Source of the DNA: Legionellales bacterium UBA7366
GTDB lineage: Bacteria > Pseudomonadota > Gammaproteobacteria > UBA7366
NCBI GenBank assembly: GCA_002469885.1
Contig: DKOI01000029.1
Location: 1 to 58,693 of the forward strand
DNA length: 58,693 bases
Reading direction: 5' to 3'
Shown here: positions 36,979 to 47,403 of the stretch, piece by piece
Position numbering within the stretch: the first letter of the stretch is position 1
Layout of the letters: each line of letters opens with the position of its first letter
Position numbers and translations under genes: made by a program
Notes under the pieces: generated by a model
Told to the model about the DNA's origin: nothing
The model's database searches: none
Seen by the model: only the letters and a program-made list of their open reading frames with translations

Positions 36979-38859
36979 ATGAAAAAATTAATTAGCCTCG
37001 ACGGTGTCAACTTAAGCTTTGGCTTGCACCCACTACTAGATAACGCAAACTTGACCATACACAAAGGCGAACGCCTATGTTTAATTGGTCGTAACGGCGC
37101 AGGAAAGTCTTCTCTATTAAAACTCATTGAAGGCGAAGTTTTACCTGACAGTGGTAGCGTATGGCGACACCCCTCACTCAAGCTAACACGCTTACCGCAA
37201 GAATTACCGAAAGACGTTGAATGTACAGTCTATGAATATGTGTCAAAAGGATTAAGCACCGCAGGTGAACTGCTCGCAAATTACCATGCGGTAATTCATC
37301 GCATGGAAACATCCGTGACAGACGAAGACATGGCGTTACTTGAAAAATATCAACATGAAATTGATGCCTGCGATGGTTGGGGATTTGATCAAGCCATCCA
37401 AACAACACTCACTCGACTGGAATTAGACCCCGACATTAATGTCAACGCACTATCAGGCGGCTGGCAACGTCGAGCAGCCCTTGCAAGAGCGCTCGTCATT
37501 TCACCTGACCTGCTCTTACTCGACGAGCCAACTAACCACTTAGATATTGAAGCGATCACTTGGCTAGAAGAAACACTCATTAACATCGGCGTTGGTATCG
37601 TCTTTATTACTCACGACAGGTCATTACTCAAAAAACTGGCCACACGCATCATTGAATTAGACCGAGGCAACTTAACCTCATGGCCTGGCAATTATGAAAA
37701 CTATCTCATACGCAAGGAAGAGCGCTTAGCGAACGAGGAAAAAGAAAACGCCCTTTTTGATAAGCGTCTAGCAGAAGAAGAGGTCTGGATTCGTCAAGGC
37801 ATTAAAGCGAGACGAACACGGAACGAAGGTCGTGTTCGAGCCTTAAAAGCATTACGTAACGAGCGAAGTGAACGACGTGAACTGCAAGGTAATGTCAAAC
37901 TTCATAAGCATAGCTTAGAAAAATCCGGGAAATTGGTGCTTGAAGCTAAAAATATTTCTCACGGATTTGATGATAAACAATTAATTAAAAATTTTTCAAC
38001 CAAAATTCTGCGCGGCGATCGCATTGGATTAATTGGTCCAAACGGCGTTGGGAAAAGCACATTGCTGAATATACTACTCGGTAAACTTACGCCTGATGAG
38101 GGTGACGTAAAACACGGAACCAAACTGGACATCGCTTATTACGACCAACTCCGTGAGCGTTTAGATCCCAACAAAACGGTAATTGATAATGTGGCTGAAG
38201 GTGCGACTGAAATTGAAGTTAATGGAAAAAAACGCCACATCATCAGCTACCTAGGTGATTTCCTTTTCACCCCAGAACGCGCACGTACAAGAGTGGAAGG
38301 TTTATCAGGCGGTGAGTGTAATCGCTTATTGCTCGCACGCCTATTAACAAAACCGGCTAATGTATTAGTGATGGATGAGCCAACCAATGACTTGGATGTC
38401 GAGACGCTCGAATTATTAGAAGAGCTGCTCAGCAATTACGACGGCACCTTGTTACTCGTCAGTCACGACAGGGCATTCCTCGATAACGTTGTCACAAGCA
38501 CATTTGTCTTTGAAGGCAATGGCGTTGTCGATGAATTTATTGGTGGATATGAAGACTGGTTGTGGCAACGCAAAAAAACTAAAGAAAAAGCCGTCGTTAA
38601 AAAAGCGGCAGAGAAAGTGGTAAAAAAAACAGACTCCAACAAGCTTTCCTTCAAAGAGAAAACTGAACTTGAAGCTTTACCCAAAACGATTGAATCATTG
38701 GAAGAAGCGCTATCAAACTTACAAAGCAAAGTATCAGAGCAATCATTTTATGACAATGATCAAGACACGATTGATAACACATTAAAATCACTCTCTGAGG
38801 CTGAAGAAACGCTAAGCCAAACTTATGAACGCTGGGAAACACTTGAGGCTAGAAAGTGA
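36979..38859 (+). CDS. uup: ABC-F family ATPase (Uup-like), two NBDs plus C-terminal coiled coil
   Basis: 626 aa. Two Walker A motifs (GRNGAGKSS, GPNGVGKST), two signatures (LSGGWQRR, LSGGECNR), and no TM segments. Confidence 0.85.
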   Translation: MKKLISLDGVNLSFGLHPLLDNANLTIHKGERLCLIGRNGAGKSSLLKLIEGEVLPDSGSVWRHPSLKLTRLPQELPKDVECTVYEYVSKGLSTAGELLANYHAVIHRMETSVTDEDMALLEKYQHEIDACDGWGFDQAIQTTLTRLELDPDINVNALSGGWQRRAALARALVISPDLLLLDEPTNHLDIEAITWLEETLINIGVGIVFITHDRSLLKKLATRIIELDRGNLTSWPGNYENYLIRKEERLANEEKENALFDKRLAEEEVWIRQGIKARRTRNEGRVRALKALRNERSERRELQGNVKLHKHSLEKSGKLVLEAKNISHGFDDKQLIKNFSTKILRGDRIGLIGPNGVGKSTLLNILLGKLTPDEGDVKHGTKLDIAYYDQLRERLDPNKTVIDNVAEGATEIEVNGKKRHIISYLGDFLFTPERARTRVEGLSGGECNRLLLARLLTKPANVLVMDEPTNDLDVETLELLEELLSNYDGTLLLVSHDRAFLDNVVTSTFVFEGNGVVDEFIGGYEDWLWQRKKTKEKAVVKKAAEKVVKKTDSNKLSFKEKTELEALPKTIESLEEALSNLQSKVSEQSFYDNDQDTIDNTLKSLSEAEETLSQTYERWETLEARK

Positions 38860-39803
38860 CGCGTGATGCTTTCAAGCCACACCCGCTATTAAGCAATCGG
38901 CATGTTCAAACCATTTGGGGCGTCGTCTTTCGACAACAAAAGAAACCGACAACAACATTTGAACGATTAGAATTAACTGACGGCGACTTTGTTGATCTTG
39001 AATGGATAAAAGGAGAAGGACCACTTGTTATCATCCTTCACGGTCTTGAAGGTTCCAGTGACTCCCATTATGCCAAGGGCATGTTAAACACCATTCAACG
39101 TTTAGACTGGCAAGCTGTCATCATGCACTTTCGAAACTGCAGTCAAACGCCGAACCGCTTAACGCGCAGTTATCATGCGGGTGAAACCGGTGACATCGAT
39201 TTTTTGTACCACAGCATTAAACAGCGCATGCCTAACACACCCTTGTTCGTCATCGGTTATTCGCTAGGGGGAAATGTATTAGTCAAATGGCTTGCAGAAA
39301 AATCGCCAGACATCATCGCTGCTTGCGCTGTCTCTGTTCCTTTTGATCTCCAAAAATCTGTTGGACAACTCCAGAAGGGATTCTCAAAAATTTATGACAA
39401 AAAATTATTGTATAGCTTAAAAAGATCGCATAAACGAAAAGATAAAACCTCACTCAAAGAAGTAAAGACGATTTATGACTTTGATGACAAGGTCACATCC
39501 AAAGTCCATGGCTTTAAAAATGCCGAAGCGTATTATCAGCAGAATCATTCGCTACAATTTCTGCCAGAGGTCACAACACCTTTACTGATTATCCAAGCTG
39601 AAGATGACCCATTTCATCCGCCAACTCTCGCTTTGGATAATCTAAACCCAAACACTTTGCTAGAATTCTCACCTCACGGCGGGCATGTCGGCTTTATCAC
39701 GGGATCACTTTTTGGAAAGCCTGAATATTGGCTAGAAAAACGAATCCCTGAGTATTTTTCAAACGAGATCAAACGTTTGCACTCATCCAGCTCTCCAAAA
39801 TAA
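38856..39803 (+). CDS. Alpha/beta-fold hydrolase, YheT-like
   Basis: 315 aa. HGLEGSSDSHYAKGM and the nucleophile elbow GYSLGGN. The GTG start overlaps the uup stop (GTGA). Confidence 0.8.
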   Translation: MTRDAFKPHPLLSNRHVQTIWGVVFRQQKKPTTTFERLELTDGDFVDLEWIKGEGPLVIILHGLEGSSDSHYAKGMLNTIQRLDWQAVIMHFRNCSQTPNRLTRSYHAGETGDIDFLYHSIKQRMPNTPLFVIGYSLGGNVLVKWLAEKSPDIIAACAVSVPFDLQKSVGQLQKGFSKIYDKKLLYSLKRSHKRKDKTSLKEVKTIYDFDDKVTSKVHGFKNAEAYYQQNHSLQFLPEVTTPLLIIQAEDDPFHPPTLALDNLNPNTLLEFSPHGGHVGFITGSLFGKPEYWLEKRIPEYFSNEIKRLHSSSSPK

Positions 39804-40185
39804 CCTGAGCGGCAACGGAATCTATGGCCGCACCTTTTAGGCCTTTGTATCCACCTTGTTCAAAAACAGCCTCTCTTGCCGCGACTGTGGATAAACGCTC
39901 ATCGACCTCATGCACCATTAAGCCTGTTTTTTCGCCTAGTGCTTGCGCAAAATCGCGCGCTGATATCGTCACAGACTGCTCAGTGCCGTCCATATTATAA
40001 GGTATACCCACAACCAAAGCCTTTGGAGACCATTGCTTTATCAACTTTAATACCTCCTCCCAATTAGGCACACCCATTTTGGCATTTATCGTGTCGATAG
40101 GCTTCGCTGTTCTTGTCACATCTTGACCTACCGCCACACCAATACGCCTCATCCCAAAATCAAACCCGATATACACATTTGTCAT
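39769..40185 (-). CDS. ruvX: Putative pre-16S rRNA nuclease / Holliday-junction-resolvase-like protein YqgF
   Basis: 138 aa. IGFDFGMRRIGVAVGQ N-terminal RNase H-fold motif. Confidence 0.9.
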   Translation of the reverse strand: MTNVYIGFDFGMRRIGVAVGQDVTRTAKPIDTINAKMGVPNWEEVLKLIKQWSPKALVVGIPYNMDGTEQSVTISARDFAQALGEKTGLMVHEVDERLSTVAAREAVFEQGGYKGLKGAAIDSVAAQVILESWMSANV

Positions 40186-40306
40186 AATATTCTGCCCGTT
40201 ATAATTTGTATTGTAACCACTATATGGTTTCTATAGAATTTCAGTATGCACAAGGATAATTAGCAACCTCGGCAACTGACACCAGCATTATGCTACACTG
40301 TGCAAA

Positions 40307-41953
40307 TTGATAGCAATGATGGAAGCAAAATTAACGATGAAAATATTTCTCTCCCCCAAAAAAGATAACCGATTTACCGCAATCATAATCAGCCTCATCT
40401 TTAGCTGCATCGTATTGATTCACAATCAACCAACCAACGGCGACGCTGCTGTTTATTTTCGGTCATCCATCGCATACAGTGAAGGCGGCATTAGCGCAGC
40501 AATCTATTATTATGCCTGGCCTTTCTTTTCAATTGTGCTTCACTATGTCTCAAGGCTCACCAGCTTATCATTATTGAACTCAGGCCTACTTATCAACACT
40601 GTGTTATGCGCTTTGCTTGTTTGGGGGTTTATCACAATTATCAAGGAACTAGGTGGTAACTATCAAACGCAGCTAATCGCTGCTGTGGTTATTCTACTTT
40701 ACCCCTACATCAATCATTTTCGCGATAATATATTGCGTGACATGGGCTACTGGACATTTTACATCTTAGCCTTCCTCTATTTACTCCGCTTTAGTGCGGC
40801 GCACCGCTGGCGCTACGCAATACTTTGGAATATCGCAATCGCTCTCGCCACATTATTCCGCATAGAAGGAATTCTTTTTGCAGCTTTTGCGCCGTTGTTT
40901 ATATTGTTCAAGCCCACATTGCGACTACCAGCACGCATCGGAAATTGCCTCAAAATTTATATGATACCGATTGCAATCGTTATTGCTGGCTTAATCACGC
41001 TCTACTCAATAGGCACACTTGATTTTCTCCAGGGCTCTCGTGTTTCTGAACTACTCAAACAAATTCAAGGCGGTGGTTCAAAAATTTTAAGTGCGTTAGA
41101 GCTGGCGTCAACTCAGGCTTCAACCTACGTTCTTGACTTTTATTCCAGACACAATGGCTTGGTGTTTGTATTGGGGGGGCTTCTTGGGATTTTATGCAAT
41201 CAAATAGTCGTAAACCTAGGGCCTGTTTATGCAATCTTAACACTGCACGGATTCCTAGGGCGCCGCACTGCATTCACATGGGATGGTAAAGCTATCATCG
41301 TAAGCTTCGCAACCATTAATCTATTGCTATTCGCGTGGTTTATGACTCAACATCTCTTTATTTCAAAACGATACACAACCGCCTTTTCCCTACTATTGCT
41401 TTTATTTGTTGTATACAGCATCTCCGGTATAATTGAAAATTATCAACGAAAACGCAGCATGGGCAAAGGTGCCCTCATGCTCCTTTTGATACTTGCATTG
41501 TGCTACAACTTCATTGGGAGCTTAGGGCATTTTGGCACTAACAAAACATACCTTGTTGAAGCCGGACAATGGCTAAAAGCACATTCATCGAGTAAGCACC
41601 CAATATATTCAAACTCCGCTCAAATTCTTCTATACGCCGGGCGAACAGGAAACAAGGCATGGGATATTGACACGAACAAAATCAATTTAACAGATCCAGA
41701 ATTTCTCGGTAATCCTGAAAAGATAGAAACCAACATTGTCATCAACAAACACCTTTTTAGAGGACAAACAGAAAAAATGATTAACGTCCTCTTAAAATCA
41801 TCGACGCCATATGATTATATTGTATTGGAGCTAAGTAGGCACCGTAGCAATAAGATCGCTGACGAACTCGAAGAAAAACTTGATGTTGAAAGAATGAAAG
41901 TGTTCAGCAACAAGAAAGGGGACCGTGTTTACATATACAAGGCAGTAGATTAA
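40307..41953 (+). CDS. Polytopic inner-membrane protein, possibly a GT-C-fold glycosyltransferase (ArnT/PMT_2-like)
   Basis: 548 aa. About 11-12 hydrophobic segments fill the first ~400 aa, followed by a soluble C-terminal domain. The family assignment is my impression only. An alternative start is MKIFLSP. Confidence 0.7.
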   Translation: MIAMMEAKLTMKIFLSPKKDNRFTAIIISLIFSCIVLIHNQPTNGDAAVYFRSSIAYSEGGISAAIYYYAWPFFSIVLHYVSRLTSLSLLNSGLLINTVLCALLVWGFITIIKELGGNYQTQLIAAVVILLYPYINHFRDNILRDMGYWTFYILAFLYLLRFSAAHRWRYAILWNIAIALATLFRIEGILFAAFAPLFILFKPTLRLPARIGNCLKIYMIPIAIVIAGLITLYSIGTLDFLQGSRVSELLKQIQGGGSKILSALELASTQASTYVLDFYSRHNGLVFVLGGLLGILCNQIVVNLGPVYAILTLHGFLGRRTAFTWDGKAIIVSFATINLLLFAWFMTQHLFISKRYTTAFSLLLLLFVVYSISGIIENYQRKRSMGKGALMLLLILALCYNFIGSLGHFGTNKTYLVEAGQWLKAHSSSKHPIYSNSAQILLYAGRTGNKAWDIDTNKINLTDPEFLGNPEKIETNIVINKHLFRGQTEKMINVLLKSSTPYDYIVLELSRHRSNKIADELEEKLDVERMKVFSNKKGDRVYIYKAVD

Positions 41954-41955
41954 TT

Positions 41956-42471
41956 ATGAAAAAGATATGCATCTTACTTTTCATGCTTTCCACCTGCGCG
42001 TGCGCGTCTAAAAAAGAAGTCGCAGTAAAACCACCGCCTTCTAATTTGATAACGACCGCAATCGATGAAAACTCTTCCCAATATGATGCAAATGCCTACT
42101 CGAACTACAGCCTCAGAGTCAATATTGATGGCGGCCATGTCAACTTTAACAATATTGATGGTTTTGCTGACTTTGACCCAGTAGCATTTTCAATAAAAAA
42201 TGGCGAGAAGAAATCCATTCAAATCACCAAGTCTGGCGATAACTTTTTCAGATCAAGGACCACTTTGTCAATCTACTATAAAGATGGCATGCTGGCAGTT
42301 GATACAAAACCCAGTCCATTTGTTTTAAACCCGAACTCTACACCTGCTCGGGAACTACTCTTTAACCCGCATTGGTTAAGCGGTGATAAATATTCAAATA
42401 TCAACACGCAAGGTGAAGCTGGATTAGAGCAAGCCAATATTACTGTCAAACTCATACCAAAGGTAGCTTAA
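41956..42471 (+). CDS. Putative lipoprotein of unknown function
   Basis: 171 aa. MKKICILLFMLSTCACASKK is a signal peptide with a lipobox-like Cys. Tightly packed between its neighbours (2-3 nt gaps). Confidence 0.7.
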   Translation: MKKICILLFMLSTCACASKKEVAVKPPPSNLITTAIDENSSQYDANAYSNYSLRVNIDGGHVNFNNIDGFADFDPVAFSIKNGEKKSIQITKSGDNFFRSRTTLSIYYKDGMLAVDTKPSPFVLNPNSTPARELLFNPHWLSGDKYSNINTQGEAGLEQANITVKLIPKVA

Positions 42472-42474
42472 TCA

Positions 42475-43923
42475 ATGTTAATGAAAAAAACGCGGGTAAT
42501 TTGTGTTCTTCTATTAGGCTTCACGTTTTCAATTGCTAATGCAACAAACAAAACGTTTACGAGCAATCAAAAGAAAGCTATTGCGAGCAAAATAAAATTT
42601 TATATCAACAAAGCCAACCCTTCAATCAACGTGGGTATTGAGGTGCGAAATCCTAAAGATGGCGCGATCATATTCCAACGCAATAGCAAACGCATCTATA
42701 CGCCAGCGAGCACATTAAAGGTATTAACAGGCATTACCGCGCTCGACTTCTTAGGCGCTAAATATCGATTTACCACCAAGTTACTAAACAACGGAAAGAT
42801 CAAGTCTCCGAACCTTGAAGGCAGTGTTACTATACAATTTAGCGGTGACCCAACGCTTACCATCAAAAATATTAACGCACTTTTTGCCAGCTTACATAAA
42901 AAAGGCGTGACCACGATTACCGGCAACCTCTATGTAGATAACACAGCCTTCGGTGATATTAATTCGGGCCCAGGCTGGATGTGGGATGAGCTTCGTTTCT
43001 GTTACGCAGCGCCCATTAACGCTGTGATCGTTAACCACAACTGCATGCCTTTTCAAATTTATCCGAACAAAAAAATCGGTTCGCCCGCCCGCGTCAGCAT
43101 GGGATCAAGCTATCACTTTTTTGATATTGACAACAAAGTTAAAACCGTTAAAAGTTCACAGCAGTCGAGCTGCCCTCTAGAGATGAAAATTGACGACAGA
43201 AATAAAATCACCATGAGCGGCTGCTTGGCGCCTGGAAAATACCACACAAGTTTAGAAGCGGCTGTGACCAATGTCGACAATTATATTATAGACTTACTAA
43301 AAGAATCCTTAGTGAAAAATAATATTAAATTAAAAGGTCATATTGCAATGCGCAAAGCTAGCAAGAAAGCACAACTTATCGCATCGCACCAATCGAAACC
43401 TTTATCTGAATTACTAAAACCTATGCTGAAAGATTCTGACAATGTGATCGCTAATTCTTTGTATAAAAAGATAGGGCAACGCTATTATCACCATCCTGCT
43501 ACGTGGTCTGAGTCACAAAAAGCCGAACTCGCGCTTCTAAAAAAATACACGCAAATGCCGGTGTCTAATGTCACAGCTGTCGATGGTGCAGGCTTATCGC
43601 GCTACAACCAGCTCACGCCTAACGCCGTCATTAAAACACTGGTCGCTATGTATCGCAGTAAAAACTATACGACGTTTTATAATGCGCTACCGATTTCTGG
43701 AATTGACGGTACATTAAGAAACCGGATGGGCAGTAAGTCTATGATTCGAAAAGTGCATGCCAAGACTGGCTCTATGACAGCTGTGAAAACAATCGCAGGT
43801 TATGTTAAAACAGCACATCATGGCACCTTGGCCTTTGCGATACTTGTTAATGGCTATTCGGGTTCAAGTTATCCATATCGTCAGCTGCAGGACAATATTA
43901 TTACTTACCTGTCAACTTTGTAG
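42475..43923 (+). CDS. dacB: D-alanyl-D-alanine carboxypeptidase/endopeptidase (PBP4 family)
   Basis: 482 aa. Signal peptide, SxxK (PASTLK), SxN (DSDN) and KTG (AKTGSM) motifs. Confidence 0.9.
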   Translation: MLMKKTRVICVLLLGFTFSIANATNKTFTSNQKKAIASKIKFYINKANPSINVGIEVRNPKDGAIIFQRNSKRIYTPASTLKVLTGITALDFLGAKYRFTTKLLNNGKIKSPNLEGSVTIQFSGDPTLTIKNINALFASLHKKGVTTITGNLYVDNTAFGDINSGPGWMWDELRFCYAAPINAVIVNHNCMPFQIYPNKKIGSPARVSMGSSYHFFDIDNKVKTVKSSQQSSCPLEMKIDDRNKITMSGCLAPGKYHTSLEAAVTNVDNYIIDLLKESLVKNNIKLKGHIAMRKASKKAQLIASHQSKPLSELLKPMLKDSDNVIANSLYKKIGQRYYHHPATWSESQKAELALLKKYTQMPVSNVTAVDGAGLSRYNQLTPNAVIKTLVAMYRSKNYTTFYNALPISGIDGTLRNRMGSKSMIRKVHAKTGSMTAVKTIAGYVKTAHHGTLAFAILVNGYSGSSYPYRQLQDNIITYLSTL

Positions 43924-43933
43924 AGCACAACTT

Positions 43934-46138
43934 ATGAAAACACAACACGTCTCAATCATGGGAATGAGCTGCGCAGGCTGTGTTAAGCATGTCGAAAAAG
44001 CCATTCATGCTGTTATCGGCGTTAAAGACGCTAAAGTTAATTTTGCGAGTAAAAGCGCTACGATCACTGGCGATGTGAATACGCAAGACATCATTCACGC
44101 TATAAAAAAAGCAGGCTTCGATGCCGCAGTTCCGACGGATGAGCCCATCAGTAATGATAGTGAACACACGTTATTTATTCATCGCTTAAAACAATCCATC
44201 GTTGCAGGCGTTGTTGGCATACCCCTTTTTATCGATATGCTTTATCCTTGGTTACCGACAGCCAACACGGCAGGGCGTCAATGGCCTCTGATCTTAACCG
44301 GTGTAATAACCTTTATCGTTATGTGGTTTAGTGGACGACACATTTACGCGAGCTTTTGGAAATCAATCAAATCATTTCAAGGCAATATGAATACACTGGT
44401 CGGCATGGGCACCGGTGCTGCTTGGGCCTACTCAATGATTGTCGTGACCTTCCCCAGCATCATACCGACACTGGCACGTCATATTTATTTTGACACTGCC
44501 GTCTTGCTCTTGGCATTCATTAACTTAGGGAGCGCGTTAGAAATTCGCGCACGCGGTAAAACATCGCAGGCCATTAAGCGCCTCATCGGATTAAAACCCA
44601 AAACAGCCCGCGTGGTCACAACCAATGGCGAGACTATTGAAAAACGATTAAGTGACATTCAACTCGGTGACATCATTCAATTACTACCTGGCGCACAAGT
44701 GGCTGTGGATGGCATTGTCATAGAGCATGAATCATTAATTGATGAATCCATGTTAACGGGTGAACCTATGCCTGTGCAAAAACGAAAAGGCGATAAAATT
44801 TTTTCAGGGACTGTGAATCAAACCGGCAGCATTCTATATGAAGCAACCCGGATCGGCAGTGATACGGCGCTATCGCGTATCATCACGCTTGTTGAAAAAG
44901 CGCAAAACTCAAAACCCGCTGTGGGTCGACTCGCGGATAAAATCGCTAGCTACTTTGTGCCTTCCGTTTTATGTGTTGCCATTATCACAGGCATTGCCTG
45001 GAGCGTGTTTGGTCCCGAGCCAAAGTCAGCTTACATACTCACAACCGTCATTGCTGTGCTTGTGATTGCGTGTCCTTGCGCATTGGGCTTAGCAACGCCC
45101 ATGTCGATTATGGTGGGTGTTGGCAAAGCCGCAGAGTTTGGATTATTAATTCGCGGAAGCGATGCGCTACAAGTGGCTAACAAACTCGATACTATTGTGC
45201 TTGATAAAACGGGTACAATTACAGAAGGGAAACCTCGCCTAACAGACATTCATAGTCTGACGAATAATGCCAGCACTGTCTTACAACTCGCTGCAAGTCT
45301 AGAGGCACTCTCAGAACATCCTTTAGGCCAAGCCATTCTTCAATACGCTGAGAATGAAAATGTGCCTCTAGTAAACGTCTCGCACTTTGAAGCACTATCG
45401 GGTTTTGGTGTGTCAGGCACAATCAACGGATCACGCGTTGTCATTGGGAATCAAGCGCTCATGGAGAAGGAGAGTGTTCAAACAAATCCTCTACGCGAGC
45501 GTTACCGATCAACGGTCTCACAAGGCAAGACAGTCGTGTTTATTGCCAAAGACGGTGAACTCAAAGGATTACTCGCTATCGCAGATACAATTAAAAATGA
45601 TGCGCGGTCCGTTATTGAAAAACTCCAAAAGAGAAACTTAAACGTCATCATGTTAACAGGCGACAACGAAGCCGCTGCCAATGCCATTGCAAAATCTGTA
45701 GGAATTAGCCAGGTCATCGCTAACGTGTTGCCCAACGATAAAATGAATGTCATTACGACACTCCAAGAAGAAGGTCATTGCGTTGCGATGGTTGGCGACG
45801 GGATTAACGATGCAGCGGCGTTAACACAAGCGAATATGGGCATTGCGATGGGCGGTGGAACCGATGTTGCCATTGAAGCGGCTGACATTGCCCTCATGTC
45901 CGGGGCTTTGCAAGGAGTGGAAGATGCCATTTCAATTTCTACGTCCGTGATGAGAAACATCAAACAAAACCTCTTCTTTGCCTTTGTCTTCAACACACTC
46001 GGCATTCCAATCGCTGCGGGTGTTTTATTCCCCTTCACGGGCCTTCTATTAAGCCCAGTGATTGCCGGCGCTGCAATGGCAATGTCTTCTGTGACGGTTG
46101 TCACCAACGCAGGGCGGTTGCGATTTTTAAATAAGTAG
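43934..46138 (+). CDS. copA: Copper-translocating P1B-type ATPase (start revised to ATG at 43934)
   Basis: MKTQHVSIMGMSCAGCVKHVEKAI is the HMA domain with CxxC. The membrane motif is CPC (ACPCALGLATP). Also DKTGTITEG, GDGINDA. The upstream 44 codons of the track ORF overlap dacB and are not protein-like. Confidence 0.93.
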   Translation: MKTQHVSIMGMSCAGCVKHVEKAIHAVIGVKDAKVNFASKSATITGDVNTQDIIHAIKKAGFDAAVPTDEPISNDSEHTLFIHRLKQSIVAGVVGIPLFIDMLYPWLPTANTAGRQWPLILTGVITFIVMWFSGRHIYASFWKSIKSFQGNMNTLVGMGTGAAWAYSMIVVTFPSIIPTLARHIYFDTAVLLLAFINLGSALEIRARGKTSQAIKRLIGLKPKTARVVTTNGETIEKRLSDIQLGDIIQLLPGAQVAVDGIVIEHESLIDESMLTGEPMPVQKRKGDKIFSGTVNQTGSILYEATRIGSDTALSRIITLVEKAQNSKPAVGRLADKIASYFVPSVLCVAIITGIAWSVFGPEPKSAYILTTVIAVLVIACPCALGLATPMSIMVGVGKAAEFGLLIRGSDALQVANKLDTIVLDKTGTITEGKPRLTDIHSLTNNASTVLQLAASLEALSEHPLGQAILQYAENENVPLVNVSHFEALSGFGVSGTINGSRVVIGNQALMEKESVQTNPLRERYRSTVSQGKTVVFIAKDGELKGLLAIADTIKNDARSVIEKLQKRNLNVIMLTGDNEAAANAIAKSVGISQVIANVLPNDKMNVITTLQEEGHCVAMVGDGINDAAALTQANMGIAMGGGTDVAIEAADIALMSGALQGVEDAISISTSVMRNIKQNLFFAFVFNTLGIPIAAGVLFPFTGLLLSPVIAGAAMAMSSVTVVTNAGRLRFLNK

Positions 46139-46156
46139 GGGGGTTCTCCCCTCAGT

Positions 46157-47392
46157 TTAGCTTTTACTTAACGACACAAGATGTTTAATCGTCATGCCTT
46201 GCACGATGATAGAAAACACTACGACGGCATAGGTCATCGGCAAAATAATAGCACGGACAGGTCCTGGCGGAATGGCGAGCGACAACGCCAGTGCTAGGCC
46301 ACCGCGTAATCCTCCCCAGGTTAAAATCCCGATTGTGTGAGGATTGTATTTACGTTTGCGTTTAAACAAGCCCATTGGCACACCAACGCTGACAAAGCGC
46401 ACAAGCAATACCAAAGGAATCGCTAATAAGCCAATCACGAGCTCTCTTGCGCTGATATGAATTAATAGAATTTCAAGTCCAACTAACAGGAACAAAATAG
46501 AGTTAAGCACTTCATCGATAAGCTCCCAAAACACATGTAAGTTTTCACGCGTCACTGCTGGCAAGTTAGATTTTTTCAGTTTATTGCCAATCATAATCCC
46601 AGAAACAACCATAGCCAATGGGCCAGAAATCTCTAAGCTTTGTGCAAACACATACGCACCGGTTGTAATGGCCAAGGTAATGAAAACTGCCATTTTATAA
46701 TCATCTAGCGGCATAATGAGTTTTGAGCCGAAATATCCCAACACCAAGCCATAAAGAATACCACCCAAGGCTTCGCGGCAAAACAACATCATCACATCGA
46801 TGAAAGACATATCGCTGCTGATAAACGCCAAATTATAAACCGTCAAGAAGATAACAACGCCCACACCATCATTAAACAGTGATTCACCAGAGAGTTTAAT
46901 CTCGAGCCTTTTAGGCGCGCCGACTTTTTTAAATATGGCTAAAACGGCAATCGGATCGGTCGGTGAAATCAAAGCGCCGAACAACATGCAGTAAACAAAC
47001 GATAAATGCATCTCTAAGAAATCTAATAAATAATAAGTGGCGCCAGCGACAAGAAAGGTTGAAACGACTGTGCCCACGGTTGCCAGTGCGCCAATCTCCC
47101 ATTTATTCTCTTTCATTTCATTAAAATCAATATTCAATGCGCCCGCAAATAACAAGAAGCCCAACATGCCATTGATTAACAGGTTATAAAAATCAATCTT
47201 ACTCATCATTTCGCGGAAAGTTGATTCGATATAATGAACACCAAAATGTCCAAGGATCAGCAGAACAATAGAGAGGACTAAGGCCGACATGGTTGTGGCA
47301 ATGGCTGGCTGGACTTTTAGAAAACGATAATTCAAATACCCGAATGCAATGCTGAGTGTCAGAATGATGGACATCATTGTAAACGCTGTCAT
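46157..47392 (-). CDS. Cation/proton antiporter, CPA1 (NhaP-type Na+/H+ exchanger) family
   Basis: 411 aa and fully hydrophobic. It contains ISPTDPIAV and ESLFNDGVGVV motifs typical of CPA1 exchangers. Confidence 0.85.
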   Translation of the reverse strand: MTAFTMMSIILTLSIAFGYLNYRFLKVQPAIATTMSALVLSIVLLILGHFGVHYIESTFREMMSKIDFYNLLINGMLGFLLFAGALNIDFNEMKENKWEIGALATVGTVVSTFLVAGATYYLLDFLEMHLSFVYCMLFGALISPTDPIAVLAIFKKVGAPKRLEIKLSGESLFNDGVGVVIFLTVYNLAFISSDMSFIDVMMLFCREALGGILYGLVLGYFGSKLIMPLDDYKMAVFITLAITTGAYVFAQSLEISGPLAMVVSGIMIGNKLKKSNLPAVTRENLHVFWELIDEVLNSILFLLVGLEILLIHISARELVIGLLAIPLVLLVRFVSVGVPMGLFKRKRKYNPHTIGILTWGGLRGGLALALSLAIPPGPVRAIILPMTYAVVVFSIIVQGMTIKHLVSLSKS

Positions 47393-47403
47393 AGTTTAAC
47401 CTC

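Noticed and set aside
43802-43933. N-terminal 44-codon extension of copA overlapping the end of dacB.
   Set aside because: The extension is not protein-like. The ATG at 43934 sits 10 nt after the dacB stop and starts directly with the HMA metal-binding domain.
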